A stretch of DNA of 26,473 nt from Ginkgo biloba (taxonomy: Eukaryota > Plantae > Ginkgophyta). This document shows positions 12,201 to 23,853 of this stretch, one piece after another (the stretch's first letter is position 1; the number at the start of each line of letters is the position of its first letter). Under the pieces are notes generated by a model. The model worked only from the letters and a program-made list of their open reading frames with translations. It was not told the DNA's origin and did not search any database. Position numbers and translations under genes: made by a program. The stretch is taken from assembly GCA_024626585.2 (NCBI GenBank), contig JANKJI020000002.1, positions 269,897,137 to 269,923,609 on the forward strand. Direction: 5' to 3'.

Positions 12201-14296
12201 AAAATAATTCTCTCCTAAGAGTGTTCCATAGTTTCTTTCCACGATTTTTACTTAAGTCACGATGGGATCAAGTGGAGCTTCATTGGCTTATCAATCCATT
12301 GGATACATTCTTTGGCTGTGGCAGATACAACTTTCACCATTCAATTATTTTAGAAAAGTAGCTAGTTCTAGCTAGGTGAGTAGACAGTTTGCTAGGATGA
12401 TATTTCTTTTTGGGGCATAGTAAAATATGTCAGTAGGAGCATTTGCACAGAATAGGTTCATAATTGCTTCGAAAAAAATTTCATTGAAGGATTGGCTTCT
12501 ACTCATCATGCCTGTGTTTTGGGAGCACTATCCAAAAGGATTAAAAGTTAGTTNNNNNNNNNNNNNNNNNNNNNNNNNNNNNNNNNNNNNNNNNNNNNNN
12601 NNNNNNNNNNNNNNNNNNNNNNNNNNNNNNNNNNNNNNNNNNNNNNNNNNNNNTTAGATGTTTTATTTCTAGATCTTGTAATTGTTGCATCTCCCTTTGA
12701 GTGACCCCCTTTTGGATCCAATGGATCTCCCTTCTCGTAAACATTTGAGTGTGTGGTGACTCTCCTCATTTACCACACATCTCTGTCAGGGATACATTTA
12801 AATATTCTTTATACAAAAGGATAGCTCTGAATGATACATGTACCTCATGGTAGTGGTAATAACATGGCATCATAAATGTGGATACCATCACTTAAACTCA
12901 TGGAAAGAAAAAATGCAATCACATTACCTATATTTTATTTGAAATTAGATTACCTGACAATATAGGATATGTCATAATATATCAACAACATGTGTTAAAC
13001 ATCTAGCCAAGGCACATGCCAATATAATGATATAAAAGCTGTCAGTGCAGCCTAACATGTGCTTCCATATGGCATGCACAATAGGCAGTGTAGAGGAATC
13101 ATTAAACAGCGTGCCACAAATTCTTCCTAAGTGCCTAGTCGCTGTGGCTCAATTGCATTTCCTAATAGCTTCTTGGCGTGTTTGGCAACACTGCTCAAAT
13201 GTGCGAATTGTTGCTAACCTTGTTTGCCGGGGGGAACTCTGGATGAAATTGATTAGGTGCATCCTTCTTTATGGATCCTTTGGCAGCCTAGAGGCTAGCA
13301 AAAGTAGTACATACTATGAAGAAAATAGCAAGCACCAAACAGAAAAAGGTAGGGGCAGGAAATTCAAAAGATCAAACCATTGGTTTTTCTCAGAAAGCAC
13401 TGCCTTACTCACCAAAGCTCTCGTATTTGATCTGAAGCATTGGCTGTGAGTGGGGTGTAAGTCGATGTATTTGAAGTATGGTGAATAGTTCTGATCCAGG
13501 TAGAAAAGAACATATATTGATAACATCACACATATTGTGTTTCACATAACACAATGCACATCTTTTCATTTTGATAAATTGTTTGTCACTGATTTTAGGG
13601 ATCAAAATTAGCATTAGCATTCAGTTTAATCATAGTAAAATTTTGGATCAGGATTTGTGTTCTAATTAGTAAGGATGTCGATTTTATCCTGCTTACTAAT
13701 GATGTGCTTTGAGTTCTTGTATCCACCTTCAAGCTGATGGGCTTCCATTTTGAGTTGTGGCTGCAGCTCTGATTTTCTGGGCACAAAATTTACCATCTAC
13801 GATAGCCAGCCACCACATAATGGTGCACGACTTTCAAGCAATAGAGCTGGTCGACGTGTGGCATCAAAACAAGTGTCTNNNNNNNNNNNNNNNNNNNNNN
13901 NNNCAGGTGGCTTATAAGTTTAATCTTCTAGGATCAAGGGGTCCTAGGCGGATGCAGTGTACACTCCATTCGGTTCCATTTTCAACTCTTGAGTGCGGAG
14001 GAAGCGTTTCAACTTTAAAAGAAGTCCCAAACGCAGTGACTGATAAACCAATTTTACCAGCCACGTTGAGTACAGAAGGATCCAGTCACATTTCAGAAAC
14101 TAGTGACCATGCTATTGGAAAAAGTGGGCCTATGGTCTTGAAGAACAAGGCTCCAAGGTGGCATGAACAATTGCAGTGTTGGTGTTTGAATTTTCACGGA
14201 CGTGTAACTGTGGCTTCTGTAAAGAATTTCCAGCTAGTTGCTGCCATTGACCCTAGTCGACCTGCTGCACAAGGTGATCAGGATGTAGCGATGTGA
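5246..14296 (+). CDS. TULP7: Tubby-like F-box protein (plant TLP, TLP7-like Tub domain); multi-exon and incomplete in this assembly
   Basis: Exons at 5246-5597, 9061-9114+ and 13767-14296 encode the F-box (WSNMLPELL...[18 protein letters not shown]...TFPASLKQ|PGPRD) and Tub motifs ([55 protein letters not shown]). The subfamily call rests on recalled similarity to Arabidopsis TLP7. Confidence 0.9.
6232..6279. repeat. (GA)n microsatellite (at least 24 units) in intron 1, abutting a gap
   Basis: Perfect GA dinucleotide run seen directly. Confidence 0.97.
6442..6816 (-). mobile_element. Decayed Ty3/gypsy aspartic-protease region in intron 1
   Basis: The minus strand reads ...[12 protein letters not shown]...[14 protein letters not shown]...CKLKFVI...[44 protein letters not shown]. 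This matches the gypsy protease pattern FDSGSQ...HP.PY.LGW...FGSPY, with in-frame stops. Confidence 0.85.
9061..9114 (+). CDS. Tubby-like protein exon 2 (5' part only)
   Basis: Acceptor attcattctgcag| is followed by [18 protein letters not shown]. Homology stops abruptly at ~9114, where the expected STFYLYL.LTP is replaced by AT-rich sequence. Confidence 0.88.
9420..9754 (-). mobile_element. Decayed Ty3/gypsy integrase C-terminal fragment (chromovirus/Reina-like) in an intron
   Basis: The minus strand reads [34 protein letters not shown], then (frameshift) [34 protein letters not shown], then (frameshift) [18 protein letters not shown]. Confidence 0.88.
9855..10690 (-). mobile_element. Decayed Ty3/gypsy (CRM-like) protease, linker and RT N-terminus in an intron
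   Basis: The minus strand reads [14 protein letters not shown]...[19 protein letters not shown]...LLEEFQDI...[32 protein letters not shown]...[27 protein letters not shown], with several stops. Confidence 0.92.
13767..14296 (+). CDS. Tubby-like protein main Tub-domain exon (C-terminal ~40 aa missing)
   Basis: Acceptor ctgcag| is followed by [37 protein letters not shown], a 25-N gap, then [19 protein letters not shown]...[49 protein letters not shown], and finally non-homologous VAM*. Confidence 0.93.
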
Positions 14297-14960
14297 TTGA
14301 TGGACACATTGATATCATGATATTTAGTTTTGGGATTCAGCCCTCTATGCCTAATTATAGCTTGGTTCTTTTAAGGCGTGGGAAAATTCTGAATTATCGA
14401 GAAGCTTCCCCTTTGGCTTTAGTATTCATATGNNNNNNNNNNNNNNNNNNNNNNNNNNNNNNNNNNNNNNNNNNNNNNNNNNNNNNNNNNNNNNNNNNNN
14501 NNNNNNNNNNNNNNNNNNNNNNNNNNNNNNNNTTCACTTTTCTATATGTCTCTTTAGATATTTGAATAGATCTCCTCTTATTTTATTATCACTTATGCCT
14601 CTTCCTCAATTATTTAAGTGTGTAACATTTTTTTAAGTTCTTCACTCATTTGGAATCCTTCTAGAATACAATTATTTATATGGTGGGGAATTATTCAATA
14701 AGACACATGTTTACATATAATATATTCTTACATATTAATATTAATTACAACTTCTAATAGCATTACCATTACTTCATAACATTCTTTGGTGTGCACAGTT
14801 ATTCCTTGGTGTGTATCGATAGTCCTTACTGCGTGCTACTAACAAGAATCATGATGAATGTAATTTTCTTTACTCTATAATAAGATTAGTTTCATTATTT
14901 TTTACCTTATTATCATAACAAACTTTCTATAAAAATAAAATAATACATAAAATTTATATG

Positions 14961-14977
14961 CCCTCTTTTTCTTTTCT
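14961..14977 (-). mobile_element. Candidate polypurine tract of the adjacent minus-strand gypsy remnant
   Basis: The minus strand has AGAAAAGAAAAAGAGGG about 60 bp after the integrase stop, followed by CA-TATAAAT (possibly a decayed TGTAAAT LTR start). Confidence 0.4.
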
Positions 14978-15038
14978 ACTTTATCCTTAGAGTAGATGAG
15001 TCTTCATAATGTAGCTAAGATTTATTTTCTTCCAATAC

Positions 15039-15680
15039 TCAAAATAATTTCAACTTGTCATGATTGAACCATTTATTTCATGGAGTTCCATTCAATTTTA
15101 CTATTTGATATACTCCATTATCATGAACTATAATAATTTCATATGGACCCATCCATTTAGCAAAAAAAATCTTATGGATCCTCTTATAGTGTCATGCATC
15201 ATAAACTAGAACTAAGTCACCTTTCTTAAATTGAGTCCCTTTGATCTTCTTATCAATGCATTATTTTTTATTCATATTTTTCTTAGTTATAGTATCTTCA
15301 TCCATTTGACATGTCTTCTCTAATAAGTCAAGCTATATTATTCTATCCTCGATAGATTCTTGTTCATCCCTTTTTTCTATCAATCATAATCCTGAAGGTA
15401 GGTATATCAAATTCAATGGGTAGAATAGGATGGATACCATATTCCAATTAAAAATAAGAATATCCTATTACTATATTTATTGTTGTATGATAGGCCCACA
15501 ATATTGCATGGATCCCATTGTCCAACATGTGCATTCCATCCTTTAATTCTACATCATTTTCTAGAAAGTTATATAAGGTATGATTTTTCCTTTAACCTAT
15601 CTATTGGTTCTTAGTTTATAAGTTATAGTCTTCCTATGTTTAATTTTATGGATAAAGGGTTTATGCATGGGCCTTACTCT
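15039..15680 (-). mobile_element. Decayed Ty3/gypsy (Tat/Athila-like) integrase C-terminus with GPY/F module
   Basis: The minus strand reads KIKHRKTITY...DNGIHAILWAYHTT...YGIHPILPIEFDIPTFRI...QFKKGDLVLVYD...KWMGPYEII...NGVYQIVKLNG...NHDKLKLF*. Confidence 0.85.
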
Positions 15681-17389
15681 CGTATTAAGTTTAGTTACCA
15701 TGGTCCTTTTGTTGTTCAAACTGCAATAACCATACCTTGTGCATTGACGTAGAAGAAATTATATTAAGAAACGTTTGTCACAGCACATAATAGAATCTTC
15801 CATTTCAGCAGGATCCTGTTATGTGCATGTTCCATATTTTTCATCTAGTGTCTTTGTGGTTGGGAATTTCAACATCTCAAGCCACTCAATATAAAAGGCG
15901 ATGCTGCTTAGAAGGCACAGGTAATACTAACAGCTGTTCAAAGTTATGAATATGATGCTGAGTTCATAATTAATTTTGCATTTAAGCATGTTGTCAATAT
16001 TGATCCTATTTCACTTACCCTAATCGCAGGCATATAATTTCATGTCTGTAAATCCTTTTTGTGCTTAATGCACCTTTTATTCTGATGTTCAGCCCTGCTA
16101 ATGGCATTCCCTAGACATAAGCATAGCTAAGCTTAGACAGGGTTTAATGTCGTGGTGGTTCATGTTTAGGGGTCTACTGGAATCAGCTAAGAAATCAAGG
16201 AAATGTTATGGATGAAGGGTGCAATCAGGGTTTTTCTATATAGTTTAGGAGGAGAATCGAACTCTTAATACATAATGAGAAAACCAAATGGAATTTTTTT
16301 GGAAGAGGTACATAGAAACCTTGGTTTTTGCAGGGATACATGTCATCTTGTGCTTTCAGGTGCTCTACATGAAGTTGGAGCATTTTACTTATTATTTCGA
16401 ATTTGCAATCTATTCAATATATTATGCATGGTTTACTTTGTGTTATCCATCTTATTTAGCTTCCGAAATTTATCTGGCTTTGAACTAATTTCTACAGCAT
16501 CAGATTACATGGAGCAAAATAGAATAGGAATTTCATTGTGTACATCTGTTAAATTGCTCCTGGTACTAATGGGATTTTCTTTTTTTCAGAACTCTGAGCT
16601 AGATCCTCCTCCACTACTACAGTGGATCATCCAAATCCTTCAAGCACAGATTCACTAGTTTCAAGACGAAGTTTAGAAGGAATAGCTCAAGGATAAAGAT
16701 GGGAAGGGCCTGATAAATGACAATTCAAAAAGCATGAGAAGTTTCTATTACACAAAATAACGTTTTATTAAAAGGATGAATGCAAAGATCTGAACATATT
16801 ATACAATAAAAATGACATCACTTACAAATCATTATTAATTAACACACGAAATTAAATCCCATATAACATACATAACAATTCCACTTTTAAAACTATAACA
16901 TTTTAATTAAATAACTAACCCACTTGCTTTTGAGTAAATAAGCATTCTACGTACAAATATCAAGAGAGAAAGAGAGCCTCTTGGCATGCGTTCAACTAAA
17001 GTTTTTAAAATACTAATACAATATTATAACAACAATATATATTTTAGTGGGAATTCTTGTTATAATTGTGTATTAATTACACAACTATATCAATAGGTAA
17101 AGGAACATATGAATTGGAGTTTAACAACAACATGCCCATTGAATATGTAAGATATGCGACGAACCTTTGAAATATATTTTTAAGTGTGCATGTGATGATA
17201 ATCTGGTGAAGCTTTACTTTAAACAAATTCATATAACAAATAAGAAGCAATTACCTGTGTCCTCCTCTCNNNNNNNNNNNNNNNNNNNNNNNNNNNNNNN
17301 NNNNNNNNNNNNNNNNNNNNNNNNNNNNNNNNNNNNNNNNNNNNNNNNNNNNNNNNNNNNNNNNNNNNNTGGCATGGGGTTGACTTGAT

Positions 17390-17500
17390 GATATAATTAT
17401 GTCTTCCTTTTGTCACCTTGTAGTGGATCCTTCTTTGGTAGAAGATGGTATCTTCATCATACAAGTATGGGCTTCCAAATATTTGATAAAAGAAGCCGCC
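17390..17500 (-). mobile_element. Short Ty3/gypsy protease C-terminal fragment (same type as 6442-6816)
   Basis: The minus strand reads IFGSPYLYDEDTIFYQRRIHYKVTKGRHNYIIKS, matching the LGSPYLYDRDAIFY...Y.L.KDG..YII pattern. Confidence 0.7.
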
Positions 17501-20500
17501 AATAGAGGTTGAGACAAAGGCATCACCTATCATAGAAGAATTATATTCAAAACTGTAGAAGGTAAATCGTCTAAACTAGGAAGAAGAGTAAAGTGGGGCA
17601 GTTGCTAGATTGACTATAATCAACTAAATTCCCAATCCTAGTTTAAGTGACTACATAAGTTATATCTCCCAATTCATGGATATTCTATTAAGAGCCTCTC
17701 TCATATATGTCAATACTTGAGAAAATTGACTCGTTGAGCATGCTTAAGCANNNNNNNNNNNNNNNNNNNNNNNNNNATATCCTCAATTTCATGAGGATAT
17801 TGAACTTCAAAAATAATAAATCTATGATAGGAGGTATTGGTATTCTAGTGACCAAGAAAATATTTCTGAAGATCACTTAGTTACTACATGAGTTTTAACA
17901 AGAGGAGAAAGGATTATAAAAGAATGACTTCAAAGAATTAGAGAAGATAATAGTGGAAACAAAAAAGTTAAATTAGCTATGCCCACCAAAGAGCTAAAGA
18001 TAGAGTGGACATCACACCCTTAGAGGACTATATTAAGATTACTGTTTATACTAGGTATAAACAAAGAGAATGTGTTCGAGCTGTCCACTACACACCTCAA
18101 AATTATGGCCACTTAGATGGGAGGAAAGCTTGTACACCTACTTACATTGATATGGGAGTGCTTCCAAAAAAAAATCAACATAATGCCATATTTTTTACGT
18201 CTCCCTTAGTCCTATATCCCACACTTAATTCATTATATTATTAGCTAAAGGAGGTGAAACTTCCAAATTTCCTTGAACTTAGGGAGGAACAATTACTCTT
18301 CATAAAAGTATGTTACTTTTGAAATTTGTATTCCAATATAAAATGAAATTTGTTTCTTCTAATAAGGAGGGAAATCAATCAGGAAATTAATCTACTCAAG
18401 TCTACTTACATAAGGTTGGCATCTAGGCCTACCCAAGACTAGAACCCTATATACACTTAGCAAGAATTAAAAAAAATATTATAGAATAGTTAAAAGAGAA
18501 TGACAAAAGGATCTATATATTCTTTGAGATTAGTGATTAAAGGATAATATTGATGCCTTTAGTTTCCTAACATATGAATTACTAACCTTTAGGATGAGTG
18601 TTTCTTATCGTATTTATATCCTAGAGGAGTTAGGTTGCTAAGAGAAATATCTTACTTAGTGAATTAATATGGTAAATTGATATGACTTTTGATCCATATG
18701 TTGGTTGAGTAATTTTATTTTTGTGATGATATAAATTCCTTGGATGTTATCACTCAAATATATTTGACTATGTTAGTAGTTATAGGAGTGATAAAATCAA
18801 GTTTATATAATCTTTGAAGTCAAGTTTTGTAATTCTATATATACATATATAAATAATTTCATTTTGACTATGTGTTTGGTGTATGGAATCACATCTAATT
18901 TACAAGTAACTTTATAATAACTATGAGTTTGGTGGCCTATATTAGGATATGATATTTAATAGTGATCACTTTTGTTTATTAATGACTATTTATAATCCTC
19001 TCCTNNNNNNNNNNNNNNNNNNNNNNNNNNNNNNNNNNNNNNNNNNNNNNNNNNNNNNNNNNNNNNNNNNNNNNNNNNNNNNNNNNNNNNNNNNNNNNNN
19101 NNNNATCTTGCTTATGGCCTCAAAGATCTTTGAACCATATTAGAGCCCTATGGATGAACATGGTAGAACACAATAAGAATATCTAGGTTTCCACATATAA
19201 AGATGATGAGAGTTTGTTACCCAAAAATCCCAACTTCTTGATGTGTTGGGAATTTTATTATTTTGGTTGAACACTAAAATTGAAAGAGGGAAGGCACTCT
19301 TAGAATATTAAAAGAAGGAAGATAAATATTTCATTTAAATATGAAAAAATACCAAATAAGAGGGATAGATTAAGAGGCATAAAACTATGATGAAAAATAA
19401 GGTCAACTAGCCACCTCATTGCCATGTGGAATTTTACTCATAATTCAATTCTAAATTTTGTTATGGAATCTTGGGATAAAATAAAAACAACATTGGGGAA
19501 GAAATCTCCAAGAAGGATTATTTGATAAAATTTCACTTTGAGATCTGATGTGGAGAGGAAACACTTTAATTCAAAGGCTAACTAAGCACTAAGAGGATTG
19601 GGTTGGAACAATCTTTTTCCTTGAACCCATCGTAGGACAATAGGACATGAACATTGATGATAGTATTTTATAGGATGATATGTTATGGAGAGGTAAAGTA
19701 CATAATGATGAAAAGTGGTACTCGAATTAAACTTAGAAACTTATGTAGCAATGATATAGGACAAATGGTATTATTTTAATTAGGATCTTATCCTTGTTCA
19801 CATTTAAGGCATACAAACTCTTATAATAGAGATTCTAGTAGTGGGAGCTCCATTTGATTTAAGAAATAATACATCTTCTCAATTTAGGGTCACCCATAGA
19901 TCTGGTAAAGAAGAGATTTTAGAAACTTAAAATTCACTTAGATCTTTTAAACACAAAGGAAATCCACCCCTCGAACTGGTTCTTAGTGAGATTGAAGACT
20001 AGGAAGAAAAATAATAGCTAACAAAACCACCTAAATATCCCAAGATTAGGAAACAAAGATAAGTGAAATGATGGAGGGAATTAATGAGAATAAAGTTGGG
20101 GGATATGATGAAAAATAGTCTATCACTTATCTTATTCACCTATTTATACTCTTTATATGGATTATTGAGTTGTATAATCTATATTTGATGATAATCAAAG
20201 CTATCTAGGCATGAGTTGTATAAAAGTCAAAATCTAGTATTTTGGTTGTAAATATTCCTTCTAAGGTATGTAATTATAACTAAGTTCTTAGTATGTGTAG
20301 TAGTAATCCCAATATTGACTATCGTAGAATTGAGTACTCTCAGAGTTAGCTTAGGTGCTTGTATAAACCATTTTAAAGTCATTAGAGGAGTTATGTAATA
20401 GTTTTCCATTGAGANNNNNNNNNNNNNNNNNNNNNNNNNNNNNNNNNNNNNNNNNNNNNNNCTTGTTAGATTTGTGCACATTATTTGCTTAATTTTTGGT

Positions 20501-21559
20501 TGCTATCAAATGCAATAATAGGTAGGTGGTTCGTCTAAGCTTGAAACTCAAGCTTAAAATCTCTTCTACAGGTTTATCTAATTATCTAAGGAATTATGAA
20601 TCTACAAGAGAATAAGGGAGTACAGAATTAAACTCTATAAGGGTGATAGACTTACTTAGTTTAGTCCTATCCATGCCTTGAATCCATTATGTTATCTTCT
20701 ACTTTAGAGTTTGAATAAGAGCGCTTTGTGATGTATACGTAAGATTTTCATCTTAAGTAAGGTTAAATAGGAGTTTTTAGAATTATTTGATGATGACTAA
20801 TGCATTTGAATGGTTGCCAAATTTGATCTTCCCAACTTAATGCTTAAGAAAATTATTATGTTTATAACCATCAAAAGGGAATGCACCTAGTCTTCCTAAT
20901 GACTAGCAATCTCTACCTTTTATATGTGTTGTTTATAATTGTCCCACTAGTCACTTTTAGCTATCTGTAGGGCCTGGGTAATATTGGAAGTTCTTTTTTA
21001 TTTTTCTTAGATGAAGCTTTGCACTTTTGCATAGAGTAATTATGAGTTTCATTCTTACAGAATTTAACATATAAGATTTGGATTTCTTTAACACATAGGA
21101 TTACTTTTCTACATGCACATTCATTCCTTTCTTTTCTTTCTTTAATAACCAATTTTAAATCCACTAAGCCTTCTATTTGTACACTTGTTCCCACCCTATT
21201 TAGGGTGGAAAATGAACCTCAAATTGATATATGAGGATTCCATTTCATAGAAAATCTTATCATACTCTCTTTGTAAACCTTTCAAGAGTTAATATAGACA
21301 AAACATATTCAAAATTACATTCATGTTGTTTATGCTTTGGCATGTATGCATTTATGAACTAAATCTAAGGAATTGATATTAAGTTCTTTTAAGTTAATTA
21401 TGAAACATTATTGATAATTAATTTTATGATATGTCTATGATATTTGAGTAATCTTGTGTATGTTGAGGTTGACTATTTGGAAAACCATTACTATATTTAA
21501 AAGTAGTAATACATAATGGTTTTGTTACAAACATTTTTATGAAAATGTGTCAAGTCTAC

Positions 21560-21820
21560 AAAATACATGAGTAAGAACTCCAAAGCTTCATAAAAGAAAT
21601 CATAGAGTTGTGTTTATAAGTGCAATTACACTCGAGCATACCCTTAGGGATGAAGTGTTGAGATGATGCATCATACCACATAAAGCACTAGATGTGCTCA
21701 AAGATCCTCATGAAAGATTGGTGGGAGGACATTATTTGAGTGAACTCACTACAAGGAAGATATTAATCGTAAGATTATGGTACCCATCAATATACAAAGA
21801 TTCTAGTAATTATCCAAAAT
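21560..21820 (+). mobile_element. Decayed Ty3/gypsy (Tat/Athila-like) integrase zinc-binding region
   Basis: From 21649 it reads DEVLR*CIIPHKALDVLKDPHERLVGGHYLSELTTRKILIVRLWYPSIYKDSSNY, matching the LRRC...H....GGH....T..KIL..G.WWP...KD pattern. Confidence 0.8.
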
Positions 21821-22989
21821 TCTAGACAAAAATTGAAGAACTTTGCTATAGAACCATAGAATGAGAAAAGAAATCATGAAGGAAATCATCCAGACACTAT
21901 TTTGTAAAGTCACCCATTGCTAGAACTTGTGGGAAGTACCAGATGTTGTCTCACAATTGATACTTCATTGTGGAGGATTGAATGCTTGGAGCAGAACACG
22001 CTTGTGGAGCACAGGGCACTAGATCTTGGAGTTGCAAAACTTGCTAAAATATGAGGAAAAATCAAGTGGAATGGAGAAATTAGAGACGTAGCAGAGAGCT
22101 CACCAACCAAAGGAAAAAATATTACTGCAGAGCGAGGAGTTTGAAGGAATGCGAAAGCCACACTAGAGAGCAAAGGAAATGACACAGAGTGCCGGGATTC
22201 GCCAAAGAAAAGTGGAAAAGACTCATGGTGTGGTGTAGGGGAGAGGAAAACCCCAAAAATTTCAACAATAAAGAGGATGCATAGAGCCATTGCCAAGGAT
22301 AGAAGCAAGAAATTTGAGAAAATCACAAAAAATCTGCAAAAATATGAGAAATTGCGGCACCGGACGAAAAATTTTGAAAAATTCAAAATTTTCTAAAGTT
22401 TAAAAAAATTTGATTAAAAGGTGTTAAAGTTTAAAGACCAAGGTCATATGATAAACCCTCGGGAGCCTAACTTTGGACTAAAACACTATTTTTAAAATTT
22501 TTATCTTAAAATTCTTGATCACATGGAGTGAATTTGTCCAGGAAATAAAATGCAAACAAGATAAAGACAAAAACATACCCTTAAAACCTGTCACAAGACT
22601 TAACTGAATGTAAAAATTANNNNNNNNNNNNNNNNNNNNNNNNNNNNNNNNNNNNNNNNNNNNNNNNNNNNNNNNNNNNNNNNNNNNNNNNNNNNNNNNN
22701 NNNNNNNNNNNNNNNNNNNATTCTAACACCTCCTATTATGGAGAAGGTTTTACCTTCTAGACCAAGGCATGTTGACTTCAAAGATTTCTCCCTCAAGCCA
22801 CGAGGGATAAATCACATTCCATCATCGATGATTTATTTTCTATATCCTTACGAATGTCATTGATGGATTTTCTTATGACATTTACTGAGAAAAGGGAAAT
22901 GTTGTTGTCATCCCTTTTTGATAAATTTTCCTTTAAAAATAGGTTTGTCTTTTACCCCCCTCTTTTACGATTAAAAGAGCAAATAAGGA

Positions 22990-23232
22990 CTATTCTATCT
23001 AAACCCTTCTATATCCAAGTAGGAGTAGGGGAATATCAAATCCAATGAATGACTATGGACTTAGGATTCTCGATAAATGTTATGACAGTGTTAGTTTTGA
23101 ACTGATTAGATATTGGGGAATTAAAACTTACTAATTGGTTATGCTAAGGTTATGATAAGATTTTCTAAACTCCTCTCAGTTAAGTAAATATGCCAATTAA
23201 TTTGGATGGAAAGAATGTATCGATTAATGTGG
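22990..23232 (+). mobile_element. Decayed Ty3/gypsy (Tat/Athila-like) aspartic protease fragment
   Basis: Reads KPFYIQVGVGEYQIQ*MTMDLGFSINVMTVLVLN*LDIGELKLT...GYD...PINLDGKNVSINV, with the D.G.S.NVM active-site pattern. Confidence 0.72.
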
Positions 23233-23289
23233 NNNNNNNNNNNNNNNNNNNNNNNNNNNNNNNNNNNNNNNNNNNNNNNNNNNNNNNNN

Positions 23290-23603
23290 AAATAAGTTAT
23301 AATATTATTGACAATTCTAGAGTATCTAGTTTAATGTGTTACCATGAGTTATGTGTCAAGGTATGTTGGGTGATGTGTCTGCTATAAGCCAAAATATCAG
23401 TATAAATACATGATGATTATTCCATGTATGTGTAATAGTTAGATGAGAGAGTCTTCAAGTGATGTGATCATACATGTGAAAATATGGCTTAAGGCNNNNN
23501 NNNNNNNNNNNNNNNNNNNNNNNNNNNNNTGTTTTGTGTTATTGTGATTGAGTGTAATGTGATGGTATCAAAGTTATAATGATTTTAATATGGTATCAGA
23601 TCC
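23290..23603 (+). mobile_element. 3' part of a 5' LTR plus tRNA-iMet primer-binding site
   Basis: TATAAATA at 23401 is followed by T/G-rich U5-like sequence, then TGGTATCAGATCC at 23591-23603 (one mismatch to the canonical TGGTATCAGAGCC PBS) right after a decayed LTR end (ttttaata). Confidence 0.6.
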
Positions 23604-23853
23604 ATGTTCCTTGAAGGAATGTGATTATGGTGATATGGTAATATGAAGACAATGGATGTGCAAGAGAAAGGAGAAGGATATCCATGTTCTGGGAGTATGA
23701 GCTGAATGCAATAGAAAATTAATGGGAAGAACCATGTTCAATAATTGTTAGGTNNNNNNNNNNNNNNNNNNNNNNNNNNNNNNNNNNNNNNNNNNNNNNN
23801 NNNNNNNNNNNNNNNNNNNNNNNNNNNNNNNNNNNNNNNNNNNNNNNNNNNNN

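Noticed and set aside
13045-13449. 134-aa intronic ORF as the missing TLP exon 3; TTGCCGGGG as a PBS
   Set aside because: There is no GKFLL/TEY/YVGKLR similarity, and the PBS match lacks the required 5' TGG portion.
17560-18480. Faint RT-like (IDYNQLN) and linker-like (REINQEINL) words on the + strand
   Set aside because: Too degenerate to support by eye. Probably old TE debris that needs a profile search.
21910-22386. 158-aa minus-strand ORF
   Set aside because: It is an F/S/L-rich antisense reading of an A/G-rich repeat strand with no domain motifs.
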